Shown: positions 19,376 through 29,869 of the stretch, piece by piece
Numbering within the stretch: the first letter of the stretch is position 1
Layout: every line of letters begins with the position of its first letter
DNA from: an uncultured Verrucomicrobiae bacterium
GTDB taxonomy: Bacteria; Verrucomicrobiota; Verrucomicrobiia; Limisphaerales; Palsa-1400
Assembly (NCBI GenBank): GCA_963702845.1
Contig: OY969763.1
Location: 4,384,001-4,448,000, forward strand
Length of the DNA stretch: 64,000 nucleotides
Reading direction: 5' to 3'
Made by a program: the position numbers and the translations under genes
The notes under the pieces: model-generated
What the model saw: the letters and a program-made list of their open reading frames with translations, nothing else
Told to the model about the DNA's origin: nothing
Databases searched by the model: none

Positions 19376-20380
19376 ATGAAAGAATCACTCGAAACACGGA
19401 TAGGCGTATTTGTCGCCTTCGCGTTGGTCGTCATTCTGATTATCCTCGAGTCCGTCGGCGGATTCGCGTTTTTCAAGCAAGGCTACAAGCTGCACGCCCT
19501 CTTCAAAAACGTGCAGGAACTCAAGCCCGGCGCCGAAGTGCGCATGGCCGGCGTGCGCGTCGGCAATGTGCAAAGCATATTGCTTACGAACTCTGAAGTG
19601 CTCGTGACCATGAACCTGAACAAGGAATTGGAAAAGAATGGGCAGGTTAAGACAGACAGCAAAGCGGCGGTGAAATTCGCCGGCTTGCTCGGTCAAAATT
19701 TTGTATCGATCGATTTCGGAACTCCTGGCGGTGTGCCTGCGGCGAACAACGCCTATTTACAGGTGCAGGAACAAGCCGACTTGAGCCAGTTGATGAACAA
19801 GTTGGATGACGTGGCCACCGGCGTGCAGAACCTGACAAAGAGTTTCAGTGGTGAAAGTATTGAGAAACTCATTGGACCGCTAACCGATTTCGTCAAACAC
19901 AACGACGCCACGCTGACCGCGACCATCGGCAACATGAAAACTGTTTCCGATCGTATCGCGCGGGGCGAAGGCACTATCGGCAAATTGATTAATGAAGACG
20001 CGCTCTACAACACATCGTTGAACACCATCAGCAACTTCCAAAACACCGCCACCGATGTTCGCGACGGCGTTCAACAAGCGCGCTTGTTATTAACCAACGC
20101 GAACGAAGTCGTCGCCACCGTCAATAGTGGCCAGGGCACGGTCGGCAAGTTCATCAAGGACGACAAAGTTTATCGGGAAGCGGAAGGTTCACTGACGAAC
20201 CTGCACCAGATTCTTCTCAAGATTAACCATGGCCAAGGCTCGGTCGGAAAATTATTGAACGACGAAAGTTTGCTGAAGAACGTGAAGCTGTCGTTGCAGA
20301 AGCTCGACAAAGCGACCGAGTCTCTCGAAGACACTGGTCCGCTCAGCGTGATCGGGACGATGGTTAACAGCCTGTTCTAA
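19376..20380 (+). CDS. mlaD: MCE/MlaD-family protein with long helical C-terminus
   Basis: N-terminal TM, GAEVRMAGVRVGNV, GLLGQNFV, three G(E/Q)G(T/S)(I/V)GK repeats. Confidence 0.9.
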   Translation: MKESLETRIGVFVAFALVVILIILESVGGFAFFKQGYKLHALFKNVQELKPGAEVRMAGVRVGNVQSILLTNSEVLVTMNLNKELEKNGQVKTDSKAAVKFAGLLGQNFVSIDFGTPGGVPAANNAYLQVQEQADLSQLMNKLDDVATGVQNLTKSFSGESIEKLIGPLTDFVKHNDATLTATIGNMKTVSDRIARGEGTIGKLINEDALYNTSLNTISNFQNTATDVRDGVQQARLLLTNANEVVATVNSGQGTVGKFIKDDKVYREAEGSLTNLHQILLKINHGQGSVGKLLNDESLLKNVKLSLQKLDKATESLEDTGPLSVIGTMVNSLF

Positions 20381-20474
20381 GAATTTGTTTAGCCGAAGAT
20401 CGAACGCTGAGGAAACACAGACTCGTTTTTTATATCCGTGTTTGATCCGTGCAATCGATGACCCTAAAGCGGCG

Positions 20475-23297
20475 CTATACTCGTTCTGCTTTAGATTTCT
20501 CTGCCGCCATCCCCGCAGCATTCGGAGACTGATCGTTCTGGCGATTCGTTGCAATAACAAATCCGGCGATCAGAATCAAAGCCCCCCACCCTGCTAAGGT
20601 CACATATAAGCTGCCTTCCGGCGGACGGAACTTCCATTCCACGGTGTGTTGGCCTTTCTCGAGGTAAACGCCCTTCATCAGATAATTGCATTGCAGGAGT
20701 GGCATTTGTTTATTGTCGACCCATACCTGCCAATGCGGGCTCCAACGTTCGTTAAGCAGCAGGACTGACCCCACATTGGCGTTCGCCTGCATTTTGATGT
20801 ACTTGGGGTGATAATCCTCGATCTTGACCGTGCCAGCATCGATCTGAGCGGATGGCTTGGCCGCAACAGGCGTTTCTTTTGCAACGATTACCGTCTTTTG
20901 CGGGTCGAAACCTGGCGACTTCAGGGTTGCCAAAGTTGACTCAGTCGTATCGCCGCTTTGCCAATTGGAAAAGAGCTTCACGCGCGGCAAGGTGTTGGTG
21001 TATTCAACGAGCGCGAATTCACCGTCATCGGCGATTTCCATGCTCAAATCGGCTGAAGTCGTCGGAAAAGTAACACCCGGCCCCGGCACAACATTCAAGC
21101 GCGCGCGCACCTGGAATGCATTTCCTGACGGATCAAGGCCTTGAAGAGATGGGCCGCCTTGATAAAGCGATTGCTTCAAAAAACCACCCCAGCAAAAGAT
21201 GTAGCGAGTATTCGTGAGCTGCCATAAACGCGCGCAGACTTGCAACTCAGCGGACGTCCTGGGCATGAACGCCTGCGCCATGTTGTTGTCCATTTCCGCC
21301 GTGCGCGGGGCCTGGATGATATCTATCGCCTGGATGTTGTAATAAGGGAATTGGTTCTGCAGCCATTCATTGCAAACCGCGTAAAAATTGTTGTCATACG
21401 GTTTGCGCGGAGCCGGACATGACGTGATGTCGTAATGCCCAAACGGCATCAATTTCGCCGTCGATTTCTTTTCGTATGCGTCTTTGCGCAAGAAATCCAG
21501 CACCGGATTCAACGCGTATTTCTCTTTGTAATTGTAATACTTTAACCAGTAGCGGTCGGCGCGACCGACGTCACAGAGAAGTAAAACGCCCATTGCAATC
21601 CACGCCCATTTCGCCTGTTTGCCCGTCCAAATGCCCCGAATGATGAGCGCCAGGATACCGACCGACGCGCTTAGGAAGAACACAAACCAAATCACTTCGC
21701 CAACACAGAAGGACGCCAACTGCGACTCCGATCCGGAAACAACGCCACTCAACGTGAGATAATGCACCAAGTCGTCCTTTTTCGACACAAGGACGAACAA
21801 ACCGAAGATCGAAATGATCACCGTACCAACCCAGAAATAGAGCCAGCGCTTTTCAAATTGACCAAATGCACGCACCGGTCCGCGCAAATAATTGCGCCAA
21901 ATCGCTTCTGCTCCGTAAGCATTAAGAATCAGCACACAGACGAAAAATGGATGCAGAAACTTGATCGGATTACGGGTGGTTGAGAAGTAGGGCAACTCGA
22001 ACACAAAACTGTAGAGAAAAGCGTGTCGTCCGAATGCCAAAATCAGCGATAGCAAAGCAGCCCCCGTCCAGAACCAAACAAGTCGTTTCTCCACCTGAGA
22101 GAATGGCCCGCCGGATCGACGGAACGAGTTTACCGCGGCGAAGCCAGCCAGCATCATGACCAGCAATCCCGCGTAATCTCCTGAGCCGATATGCCTGCGA
22201 TAACCGCCAAAACTGCGCATCTCCTCGTCTGCTTGCCGACGGAGCCCCGGGTCCGGACTGCCGCGCAATTCGCGAATTGCCGTTAAACCGAAATCCTCGC
22301 CAATTCGTCCCCAATAAGCGCTCGACTTGTCCGGTCCATCGACATTTTCATACATGTGATAGCCCATTAAACCAGGGATAAAGAGCCGGAGCGTTTCAAG
22401 TTTCGGAAAACTCCATTGGGTGCAAAATGACCAACGACGCGCTTTCTCTTGTTTGGCTTGTTCAACTTCCTCGGGCGTTTGTGCTTTCGAACTTTGTTGT
22501 TTGGCTCCAGTGACGCCTTGAATTTGCGTGCCAATTAGAGTGCTAATCGTAAAGAACGAAAGCAGCGCTGAAAAGCCAACCACGAGTGCGGCGGTAATTC
22601 CAATCTTAACAATCCGTCGCGGTGGTGCCTCATCGCTCGAAAACCAGCCCGAGAAAACAATAAATACCCCAATGTAAATACTTAGGATAGCACCGCTGTC
22701 GAACCCTTCCATGATAACAATGCCGACGGCCCCCCCCGCCAATAAAGCTCGAGCCCAAAACTGCCGTATAGCACCCGTTGTTAATGCAGCCAATGCCAGG
22801 AAAGCGCAGCCAGCAGCGATATTCCAGACATTCAACCCCCAGGCGGCCAGTGAGAAGAAGTGCATGTTCAGGCCAACCGCAAACGCGCCGAAAATGCAAA
22901 CTGCTGGATTGAATTTCAGCTGTCGAAAATAAACCCATGCGCAGAACCCCAGGAACAAGAGTGATAAGAATGGAACATACTTCACATATAATTCGGGCCC
23001 GAGAATCGCCAGGCTCAACGTGCTGATGCGGGGCGCTTCACCAACTCCTTCCGCCCCGACCCAGTTTAAATCACTCCACTGCCCCGCCATTGTGTCCGGA
23101 ACCCTGTTCTGATCGGCCTTGTAATACCCAAGCGGAGCGTCGTTATCAAAAATCATCTGCGACGGATTGAAAAACGGCAGCGCCGCGTGATTGCCCGCAG
23201 GCATAAACGCCGGCAAATTGAAAACAATCGCCAGAGCCGCACCTATAACGAGCAGGAGTAGCAACCATTGCTTCTTAAATCCATCAGGTAGATTCAT
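20475..23297 (-). CDS. YfhO-like polytopic membrane protein (putative GT-C glycosyltransferase)
   Basis: Many TM helices and a C-terminal YfhO-like segment (LLLNERWSPHWQVWVD...CNYLMKGVYLEKGQHTVEWKF). Confidence 0.75.
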   Translation of the reverse strand: MNLPDGFKKQWLLLLLVIGAALAIVFNLPAFMPAGNHAALPFFNPSQMIFDNDAPLGYYKADQNRVPDTMAGQWSDLNWVGAEGVGEAPRISTLSLAILGPELYVKYVPFLSLLFLGFCAWVYFRQLKFNPAVCIFGAFAVGLNMHFFSLAAWGLNVWNIAAGCAFLALAALTTGAIRQFWARALLAGGAVGIVIMEGFDSGAILSIYIGVFIVFSGWFSSDEAPPRRIVKIGITAALVVGFSALLSFFTISTLIGTQIQGVTGAKQQSSKAQTPEEVEQAKQEKARRWSFCTQWSFPKLETLRLFIPGLMGYHMYENVDGPDKSSAYWGRIGEDFGLTAIRELRGSPDPGLRRQADEEMRSFGGYRRHIGSGDYAGLLVMMLAGFAAVNSFRRSGGPFSQVEKRLVWFWTGAALLSLILAFGRHAFLYSFVFELPYFSTTRNPIKFLHPFFVCVLILNAYGAEAIWRNYLRGPVRAFGQFEKRWLYFWVGTVIISIFGLFVLVSKKDDLVHYLTLSGVVSGSESQLASFCVGEVIWFVFFLSASVGILALIIRGIWTGKQAKWAWIAMGVLLLCDVGRADRYWLKYYNYKEKYALNPVLDFLRKDAYEKKSTAKLMPFGHYDITSCPAPRKPYDNNFYAVCNEWLQNQFPYYNIQAIDIIQAPRTAEMDNNMAQAFMPRTSAELQVCARLWQLTNTRYIFCWGGFLKQSLYQGGPSLQGLDPSGNAFQVRARLNVVPGPGVTFPTTSADLSMEIADDGEFALVEYTNTLPRVKLFSNWQSGDTTESTLATLKSPGFDPQKTVIVAKETPVAAKPSAQIDAGTVKIEDYHPKYIKMQANANVGSVLLLNERWSPHWQVWVDNKQMPLLQCNYLMKGVYLEKGQHTVEWKFRPPEGSLYVTLAGWGALILIAGFVIATNRQNDQSPNAAGMAAEKSKAERV

Positions 23298-23470
23298 GGG
23301 CTTTAAAGATAGGTAGGTAGACACAGAAACCAATAGAGAAGTTCAAACAAGCCGCAACTTTGGGATCGCCTGCGTAGACGACTTCGGTAGCAGCCTCGCG
23401 TTAAGCGCGCTACAATGGTGCCCCAGTCCGCCTGCCCGGAAGCGTCGCCTTTGTCTCTGCTCGGGAGCGG

Positions 23471-24259
23471 CTATTTCGGCCCGGACGCCAATGGCTGAAA
23501 GCAAAACGTGTTAACTCCGATTGGCACAAGTTGATAACCCAACCCGGCAATCTTCTCGGTCACTTCCGATCGTTCCGGTTGCGTCATCAGGCTATGCTCG
23601 AACACGATGATCTTTGGCTTAACCTTTGCCAAAAATGGCATCGCATTCTTCAGCACTTCGTAATCCATCTTCTCCACGTCGATGACGAACACGTCGAACC
23701 GATCGCCCTCTTTGAACAAACTCCAAAGCGTGTCCAGAGTGTAGCAGGGCACATCAATCGTGTTGACCTTGCCTTTAAACCCAAACCCGCTTTGCGTGAG
23801 GTTGTCTTTGTATTTGGAAGAAATTAGAGACGCATGCTCCTCTTCGTCATTGTCGAAAACTGCCAATTTCAAAGTGCCATTTTCTGTCCCCACTGCACAA
23901 TTCATAGTCTTGAAACTTTTCACGCCGGCGTCGCGGTAATTTTTTTCGAGACTCGCCATGCATTGCGGCAACGGTTCGACCAAAAACATGCGGCAATTCG
24001 CCCGCCCCATCACTGACGGTCTGACAAAGTCGTGCAAAAGCCCGTCGTTTGCTCCCAGCTGCAGGAACTTGAACTCCTCGCCGGCCTTGAACTGTGCGTC
24101 CAGCAACAATCTCATGAGCGCGGTTTCAGATGGAGTATCCATCGTCAGCGCCTGCTCCAATCGAATAACCGCAAGCCCCATTTTTTTGAAGATTGGCGAG
24201 ACCATACGAGGTATTTGGAGCGTCCTCAAAACTTTAATGGCCAAATCCTGACTGTTCAT
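23471..24259 (-). CDS. FkbM-family methyltransferase
   Basis: LQLGANDG, LVEP, NCAVG, IDVEKMDYEVL. Confidence 0.85.
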   Translation of the reverse strand: MNSQDLAIKVLRTLQIPRMVSPIFKKMGLAVIRLEQALTMDTPSETALMRLLLDAQFKAGEEFKFLQLGANDGLLHDFVRPSVMGRANCRMFLVEPLPQCMASLEKNYRDAGVKSFKTMNCAVGTENGTLKLAVFDNDEEEHASLISSKYKDNLTQSGFGFKGKVNTIDVPCYTLDTLWSLFKEGDRFDVFVIDVEKMDYEVLKNAMPFLAKVKPKIIVFEHSLMTQPERSEVTEKIAGLGYQLVPIGVNTFCFQPLASGPK

Positions 24260-24311
24260 TTTTTATTTTTTTGTGGGAAGCGTTTACGCCCGTTCTACTC
24301 GGTCACCATGC

Positions 24312-25031
24312 TCAGGCGGCTCGTTCAAAAAGGATATCGTAACAAGATCCAACCCCCGGTTTTGATGCAAAACAATCCTTCCGTCGGACCACAAAACCCC
24401 AATCGCGCATTGCCACCACAAGCGTTTCCGCAGTGCATGATCCCTTGTAAATTTCGAAGTCGGCAGCCTCGGTTTGAACGAACCGCATTCCCTTAAGCAC
24501 AGAGGCGGATCCTTTGAGAACAACCAGTTCGGCACCTTGGACATCCAAAATGAGAGCGTCAAATTCCGACGGCGAAAGCTTCAGTTCAGATAAAACCGAG
24601 ACAAGAGTCTTGCTTTTAAGCCGAATCGTTTCAGACATCTTCACTTCAGGCCAGAACTCTTTATGATCTTTGAAATCATAGATAGAACTGGAAGCACCGT
24701 TGTTTGAAACTTTGAAATCGTAAAATTCCCCATCTTTGTCGGTCAACAGGGCATTGGTCGCGATTTGATTTTTATAACCGCGGATATTTTGCTGCAACGT
24801 TTCAAAAACTCGAGGCATCGCCTCAATCCATAACACCCGGAGACCTCGTCGCGAATAGAGCATTCGCTCCTCACCAGTGTGCCCTCCAATATGAATCACC
24901 CCTTTGCAACTCTTAAGGAAATCATCGGCGGCTCCCCCAAAATACGCCTTTTTCAAGGGGAGAGCGGACTGGAGCAGCCCCAATTTTCCCAAAGTAGTTT
25001 CCCCCATTCTCCTTATTGTATTAACAATCAT
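24312..25031 (-). CDS. FkbM-family methyltransferase
   Basis: IHIGGHTGEE, WIEA, SNNGASSS, LDVQGAELVVLKG. Confidence 0.88.
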   Translation of the reverse strand: MIVNTIRRMGETTLGKLGLLQSALPLKKAYFGGAADDFLKSCKGVIHIGGHTGEERMLYSRRGLRVLWIEAMPRVFETLQQNIRGYKNQIATNALLTDKDGEFYDFKVSNNGASSSIYDFKDHKEFWPEVKMSETIRLKSKTLVSVLSELKLSPSEFDALILDVQGAELVVLKGSASVLKGMRFVQTEAADFEIYKGSCTAETLVVAMRDWGFVVRRKDCFASKPGVGSCYDILFERAA

Positions 25032-25190
25032 ATCGGTTATTTCGACCGGCCGTAAGGGGAAATCTTATACTCGGAAGAGGGTTCTTTCCAGTTTTTTGTT
25101 CGACGCTCCACCTCCTGCCACGAGTGTATGGGTGTCTCCAGCAAACTGTCTTGCCGAACAAACGAAACAAAGCCATTCTTGCCGCTCTTT

Positions 25191-26468
25191 ATGAGTATTG
25201 AAAAATTGGCGATTGACGGTGGTTCCAAAGCCGTCGTCGATAAACTTCCCCACTGGCCTTCCTTCGATGAAAAGGCCATCAAATCCGTCGAAGAAACTCT
25301 CCGATCCGGCAAAGTGAATTATTGGACGGGCAAAAAGGGTATGGAGTTCGAGAAGCGCTTCGCCGAATGGCAAGGCAGCAAATACGCCATCAGCGTGGCC
25401 ACCGGCACGGCTGCGTTACACGTCGGATTGAGCGTGCTCGGCATTGGACCCGGCGACGAAGTCATCGTCCCCAGCTACACATTCATTGCGAGTAGCTTTT
25501 CAATTGTCCAATCCGGCGCTATCCCCCGTTTCGCCGACGTCAATCTCGAAGACCATTGCATCAGCATCGAATCGGCTGAGAAGTTGGTCAACGAACGGAC
25601 CCGCGCCATCATGCCAGTGCACCTCTACGGTAACGTCGCTGACATGGATAAAGTCCGAGCCTTCGCCAAGAAGCACAATCTTTTCGTCATCGAAGACAAT
25701 GCCGAAGCCTTCGGCGGCGTCTACAAAGGCAAGAAAACCGGCTCGCTCGGTGACATCGCCGGCTGCAGCTTTTGCCAAAGCAAAACCTTCACCACTGGCG
25801 GTGAAGGCGGCATGGTCACCACCGATAATGAAGACCTCGCGTGGCAGGCCCGCAGCTTCCGCGATCACGGTTACGACGTCAAAGACCGTCTCAACCTGCT
25901 CGAGATGGAGCAGAAACTTTCCTACATCCACAACCGCATCGGCTGGAATTATCGCATGACCGAAATGCAATCCGCCATCGGCCTCGCCGAAATGGATCGC
26001 ATGGACAACTGGAACATGCCGCGCCGCCGCAAGAACGCGCACATCATCATCGATGCGATCAAAGATTTGCCGCAGGTGAAGATTAAACCAATCGACACGC
26101 CCGATCGTCAGAACGGCTGGTTCGTCATGGCCTTCTCGCTCGATATCGAGAACATGAAGTGCGATATCAATCACTTCGTCAAAGCCGCCGGTGCAGAAGG
26201 CGCGCCCTGCTGGAAAGTGTTCTGGCCCCAATGCCACACCGAACGCGCATTCAAAGAAAAGAACGCCTTCGGCCGCTCCGGTTTTCCCTTCAAATCAAAG
26301 GAATACACAAATCCAAAGAGCGTCGCCTACGATGATGTCGAAATCCCGAACGCCTTGTGGCACCAGGACCACACTTTCACGTGCTTCGCCTACCCAACTT
26401 ACGAACCCCATCACTGCGAACAAATCGGCGCAGCGTTGCGCAAAGTCATTCAAGCGTACGCAAAGTGA
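25191..26468 (+). CDS. DegT/DnrJ/EryC1/StrS sugar aminotransferase
   Basis: GTAALH, GPGDEVIVPSYTFIAS, PVHLYG, IEDNAEA, SFCQSKTFTTGGEGG, GWNYRM. Confidence 0.93.
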   Translation: MSIEKLAIDGGSKAVVDKLPHWPSFDEKAIKSVEETLRSGKVNYWTGKKGMEFEKRFAEWQGSKYAISVATGTAALHVGLSVLGIGPGDEVIVPSYTFIASSFSIVQSGAIPRFADVNLEDHCISIESAEKLVNERTRAIMPVHLYGNVADMDKVRAFAKKHNLFVIEDNAEAFGGVYKGKKTGSLGDIAGCSFCQSKTFTTGGEGGMVTTDNEDLAWQARSFRDHGYDVKDRLNLLEMEQKLSYIHNRIGWNYRMTEMQSAIGLAEMDRMDNWNMPRRRKNAHIIIDAIKDLPQVKIKPIDTPDRQNGWFVMAFSLDIENMKCDINHFVKAAGAEGAPCWKVFWPQCHTERAFKEKNAFGRSGFPFKSKEYTNPKSVAYDDVEIPNALWHQDHTFTCFAYPTYEPHHCEQIGAALRKVIQAYAK

Positions 26469-27484
26469 TGAGCGCAAAAATCAAATGGGGCGTCATCGGT
26501 TCCGCCGGCATCGCTCGTCGTCGAACGATTCCTGAAGGCATCGTGCGCGCGGAAAACGCGACGCTCACGGCGGTCTATAATCCAACCCAAAGCAAAAACG
26601 CAGAAGTCGCAACGCAATTCAATGCCCGCGCCTGCAAGTCGATCAAACAGCTTTTGAGCGGCGATGTTGATGCGGTGTATATCGCCTCGCCACCGGACGT
26701 TCACCTGAAACAAGTCATCGCCTGCGCGAAAGCCGGCAAGCATGTGCTTTGCGAAAAGCCACTCGGCATGAACGTTAAACAAGTCGAGAAGATGATTAAC
26801 GTTTGCAAAGAGGCCAACGTCCGACTCGGCACAGCGTTGATGATGCGTTTCCATTCGCAGCACCAAGCCGCGCTGCAATTGATCAAAGACGGCAAGCTGG
26901 GCAAACCGGTTCACGGTCGCGCACAACTTGCCTTCTGGTACCCACCAATCGAAAACGCCTGGCGTCAGGATCCAAAACGCGGCGGCGGTGGCGCGCTAAT
27001 GGATGTGGGCGGTCATTGCATTGATTTGTTGGAAATGTTTTTTGGCCCGGTGCGCTCGGTGAGTTGTTACATCAACAACACCGTTCACAATTACGCCAGC
27101 GAAGATGCGGCTGTCACAAACTTGATGTTCGAAAATGGCGCGATGGGAATGGTCGATACATTTTTCTGCATTCCCGACGAAGCGAGCAAGAACGCTTTGG
27201 AACTCTACGGCTCACTCGGCGCGATCCACGCCACCGGCACCCTCGGCCAGGGCGAAGCTGGCGACATGACGGCAACGCTGAAGAATGAAGCTTCCGGTTG
27301 TGAAACGCTCAAAATCGCTCCAGAACCCGTAAACACGTACCGCGCCGAGATCGAAGAGTTCAGCAATGCGATTCTGCAAAACCGCGAACCTTCGTGCAGC
27401 GCCGAAATCGGCCTGCGCAGCCAAAAGATTTTGGCCGCCTGCTACAAGTCGGCCAAAACCGGCAAGTCGATCACGATCGCGTAA
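26468..27484 (+). CDS. Gfo/Idh/MocA-family oxidoreductase
   Basis: WGVIGSAGIA, HVLCEKP, GGGALMDVGGHCID. ATG overlaps the upstream TGA. Confidence 0.92.
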   Translation: MSAKIKWGVIGSAGIARRRTIPEGIVRAENATLTAVYNPTQSKNAEVATQFNARACKSIKQLLSGDVDAVYIASPPDVHLKQVIACAKAGKHVLCEKPLGMNVKQVEKMINVCKEANVRLGTALMMRFHSQHQAALQLIKDGKLGKPVHGRAQLAFWYPPIENAWRQDPKRGGGGALMDVGGHCIDLLEMFFGPVRSVSCYINNTVHNYASEDAAVTNLMFENGAMGMVDTFFCIPDEASKNALELYGSLGAIHATGTLGQGEAGDMTATLKNEASGCETLKIAPEPVNTYRAEIEEFSNAILQNREPSCSAEIGLRSQKILAACYKSAKTGKSITIA

Positions 27485-27529
27485 AAGTCTGAATTTGCCG
27501 AGCGCCCCCCTGCCCCATACATTGTCGCC

Positions 27530-28873
27530 ATGTTCGACACATTAAGCTCCAAGCTGCAGAACGCGTTTCGCAATCTGCGCGGCCTGGGAAAAATTTCGGA
27601 AGACAACGTCGCCGATGCCTTGCGCGACGTGCGCATGGCGCTGCTTGAAGCCGACGTGAATTTCAAGGTCGCCCGCGATTTCATCGAGCGCGTCAAAGGC
27701 AAATCGCTTGGCGCTGAAGTCGTGCAGAGCGTCCAACCGGGACAACAGATCGTCAAAATCATCCACGACGAACTGGTTGACCTGCTCGGCTCGCAGAACG
27801 CCGGCGCCAATCTAGCTGGAAATCCGGCCTGTGTGATGATGGTCGGTTTGCACGGTGCCGGTAAAACAACATCGAGCGCGAAACTGGCCCGCTTGCTTCT
27901 AAAGCAAGGTCGCACTCCGTTACTCGTCGCCGCAGACGTTTATCGTCCAGCGGCTATGGACCAGCTGGAGACACTCGGCAAGCAAATCGACATCCCGGTG
28001 TTCGTTCGTCAGGGGGAGAAGGATGTTCTAAAAATTGCTCGTGAAGCTCTCGAACTCGCGCGTTCAACCAATCGCAACACACTGATTTTCGATACCGCGG
28101 GACGTTTGCAAATTGACGAACCACTCGTGCAAGAGCTCGTTCGTTTGCGCGATCTGGTCAAGCCACAGGAAATCCTGCTCGTGCTCGACGCTGCCACCGG
28201 TCAGGAAGCTGTCAACGTCGCCACCCATTTCGATCAAGCCCTCAACATCACCGGATCGATTCTGACAAAACTCGACGGCGACGCCCGTGGCGGCGCGGCG
28301 TTGAGCATGAAATCCGTTACCGGCAAGCCGATCAAATTCGCCGGTGTTGGTGAAAAGCTCGATGAGTTCGAACCGTTTCATCCTGAGCGCATGGCCTCGC
28401 GCATTCTCGGCATGGGCGACGTTGTCAGCCTGGTCGAACGCGCGGCTGAAGCCGTGGACATCGACGATGCCAAGCGCATGGAAGAAAAGATGCGCAAGGG
28501 CCAGTTCACGCTCGAAGACTTTTTGGACAACTTGCGCCAGATGAAAAAGCTTGGGCCGCTTGAATCAATCGTCGGTATGTTGCCCGGCGGATCGGAAATG
28601 ATCAAAGGCCAGGACATGGGCAAAGAAGAAAAGAAATTTCGCCGCATGGAAGGGATCATTTGCGGCATGACGTTGAAGGAGCGTCGCAATCCACAAATCC
28701 TCAATGCCAAACGCCGCATCCGCATCGCCAAAGGCAGCGGCGTGACTGTCGCCGAAGTCAACAACCTGCTTAATCAATTTGGCCAAATGCAGCAGATGAT
28801 GAAAAAGATGGGCAAGATGCAGAAGATGATGGCCAAGATGGGCGGCGGTATTCCCGGGATGTTTAAAGGCTGA
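27530..28873 (+). CDS. ffh: Signal recognition particle protein
   Basis: GLHGAGKTT, DTAGR, TKLDGDARGG and Met-rich M domain. Confidence 0.98.
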   Translation: MFDTLSSKLQNAFRNLRGLGKISEDNVADALRDVRMALLEADVNFKVARDFIERVKGKSLGAEVVQSVQPGQQIVKIIHDELVDLLGSQNAGANLAGNPACVMMVGLHGAGKTTSSAKLARLLLKQGRTPLLVAADVYRPAAMDQLETLGKQIDIPVFVRQGEKDVLKIAREALELARSTNRNTLIFDTAGRLQIDEPLVQELVRLRDLVKPQEILLVLDAATGQEAVNVATHFDQALNITGSILTKLDGDARGGAALSMKSVTGKPIKFAGVGEKLDEFEPFHPERMASRILGMGDVVSLVERAAEAVDIDDAKRMEEKMRKGQFTLEDFLDNLRQMKKLGPLESIVGMLPGGSEMIKGQDMGKEEKKFRRMEGIICGMTLKERRNPQILNAKRRIRIAKGSGVTVAEVNNLLNQFGQMQQMMKKMGKMQKMMAKMGGGIPGMFKG

Positions 28874-28921
28874 TGTACATAGTCAGCGCTTCGGCAGAAC
28901 TGCACCCTAACGCGACAAACC

Positions 28922-29761
28922 TCAAGCAGCTTTTCGGCGCTTGGAGTGTGCGTGTGCGTGTTCCTTCTTCGCGCTCGGTTTTTTGTTCGCCTGGTTCAAG
29001 CTCTGTTGCAATACAGACACGAGATCGATGACTTTAGTCGGCTTCGGACGAGCGCCTTTTTCAACCGGCAACTCTTTCCCACCCGCGGCAACCTTCTCCT
29101 CAATCAATTTCAGGAGCGCCTGTTTATATTCATCGTGATACTTCCCCGGCTCCCATTTGTCGCTCATGCCTTCGATCAAGCTGCCCGCCATTGTCATTTC
29201 CTTTTTGCCGACCTGCACCTTATCAGGAATCGGCAATTCCTTGACCTCCGCCAATTCATCTGGAAAATGCATCAACTCAAGAACCAGCGTCTGTCCATTC
29301 GGCTTCACCGCCGCCAAATGTTCACGCGTGCGGATAGAAACTTTCGCGATGCCCACCTTGCCTGACTCCTTCAAAGCATCCCGCAACAACGCATACCCTT
29401 TCTCGCCGCCTTTTTCGGGCGCGAGATAATAAGGCTCGTCGAAAAACATCGGATCAATTTCATCCAAGTCCACAAATTCCCGGATATCTACCATCTGGTT
29501 GCTCTTGATATTCACGCGTTCGAAATCTTTATCGTCGAGCACCACGTATTGGCCCTTTTCGTATTCGTAACCTTTAACGATGTGTTCCCACGGAACTTCC
29601 TTTTGATCCACCTCCGCGATGCGCTTGTAACGGATCGGACTCTGGTCGCTGTCGCGCAGCATGTGAAATTTTATTTCGTTGCGTCCGCGCGTGGCGGTGT
29701 AGAGCCCTACGGGAATGTTAACGAGCCCAAAGCTGATTGCACCCTTCCAGATTGCACGCAT
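28922..29761 (-). CDS. ku: NHEJ DNA end-binding protein Ku
   Basis: MRAIWKGAISFGLVNIPV, IVKGYEY, YHDEY, KVIDL and basic tail. Confidence 0.96.
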   Translation of the reverse strand: MRAIWKGAISFGLVNIPVGLYTATRGRNEIKFHMLRDSDQSPIRYKRIAEVDQKEVPWEHIVKGYEYEKGQYVVLDDKDFERVNIKSNQMVDIREFVDLDEIDPMFFDEPYYLAPEKGGEKGYALLRDALKESGKVGIAKVSIRTREHLAAVKPNGQTLVLELMHFPDELAEVKELPIPDKVQVGKKEMTMAGSLIEGMSDKWEPGKYHDEYKQALLKLIEEKVAAGGKELPVEKGARPKPTKVIDLVSVLQQSLNQANKKPSAKKEHAHAHSKRRKAA

Positions 29762-29869
29762 GTTACCGTAATTTCTGTCGCATCAGCGTGTGGTGCAGCC
29801 TGAAACATTTACCGGCAAATCACCTGACGCGGAATTGACACAGTTCGCAGAACCAATGAACATCGCCAA

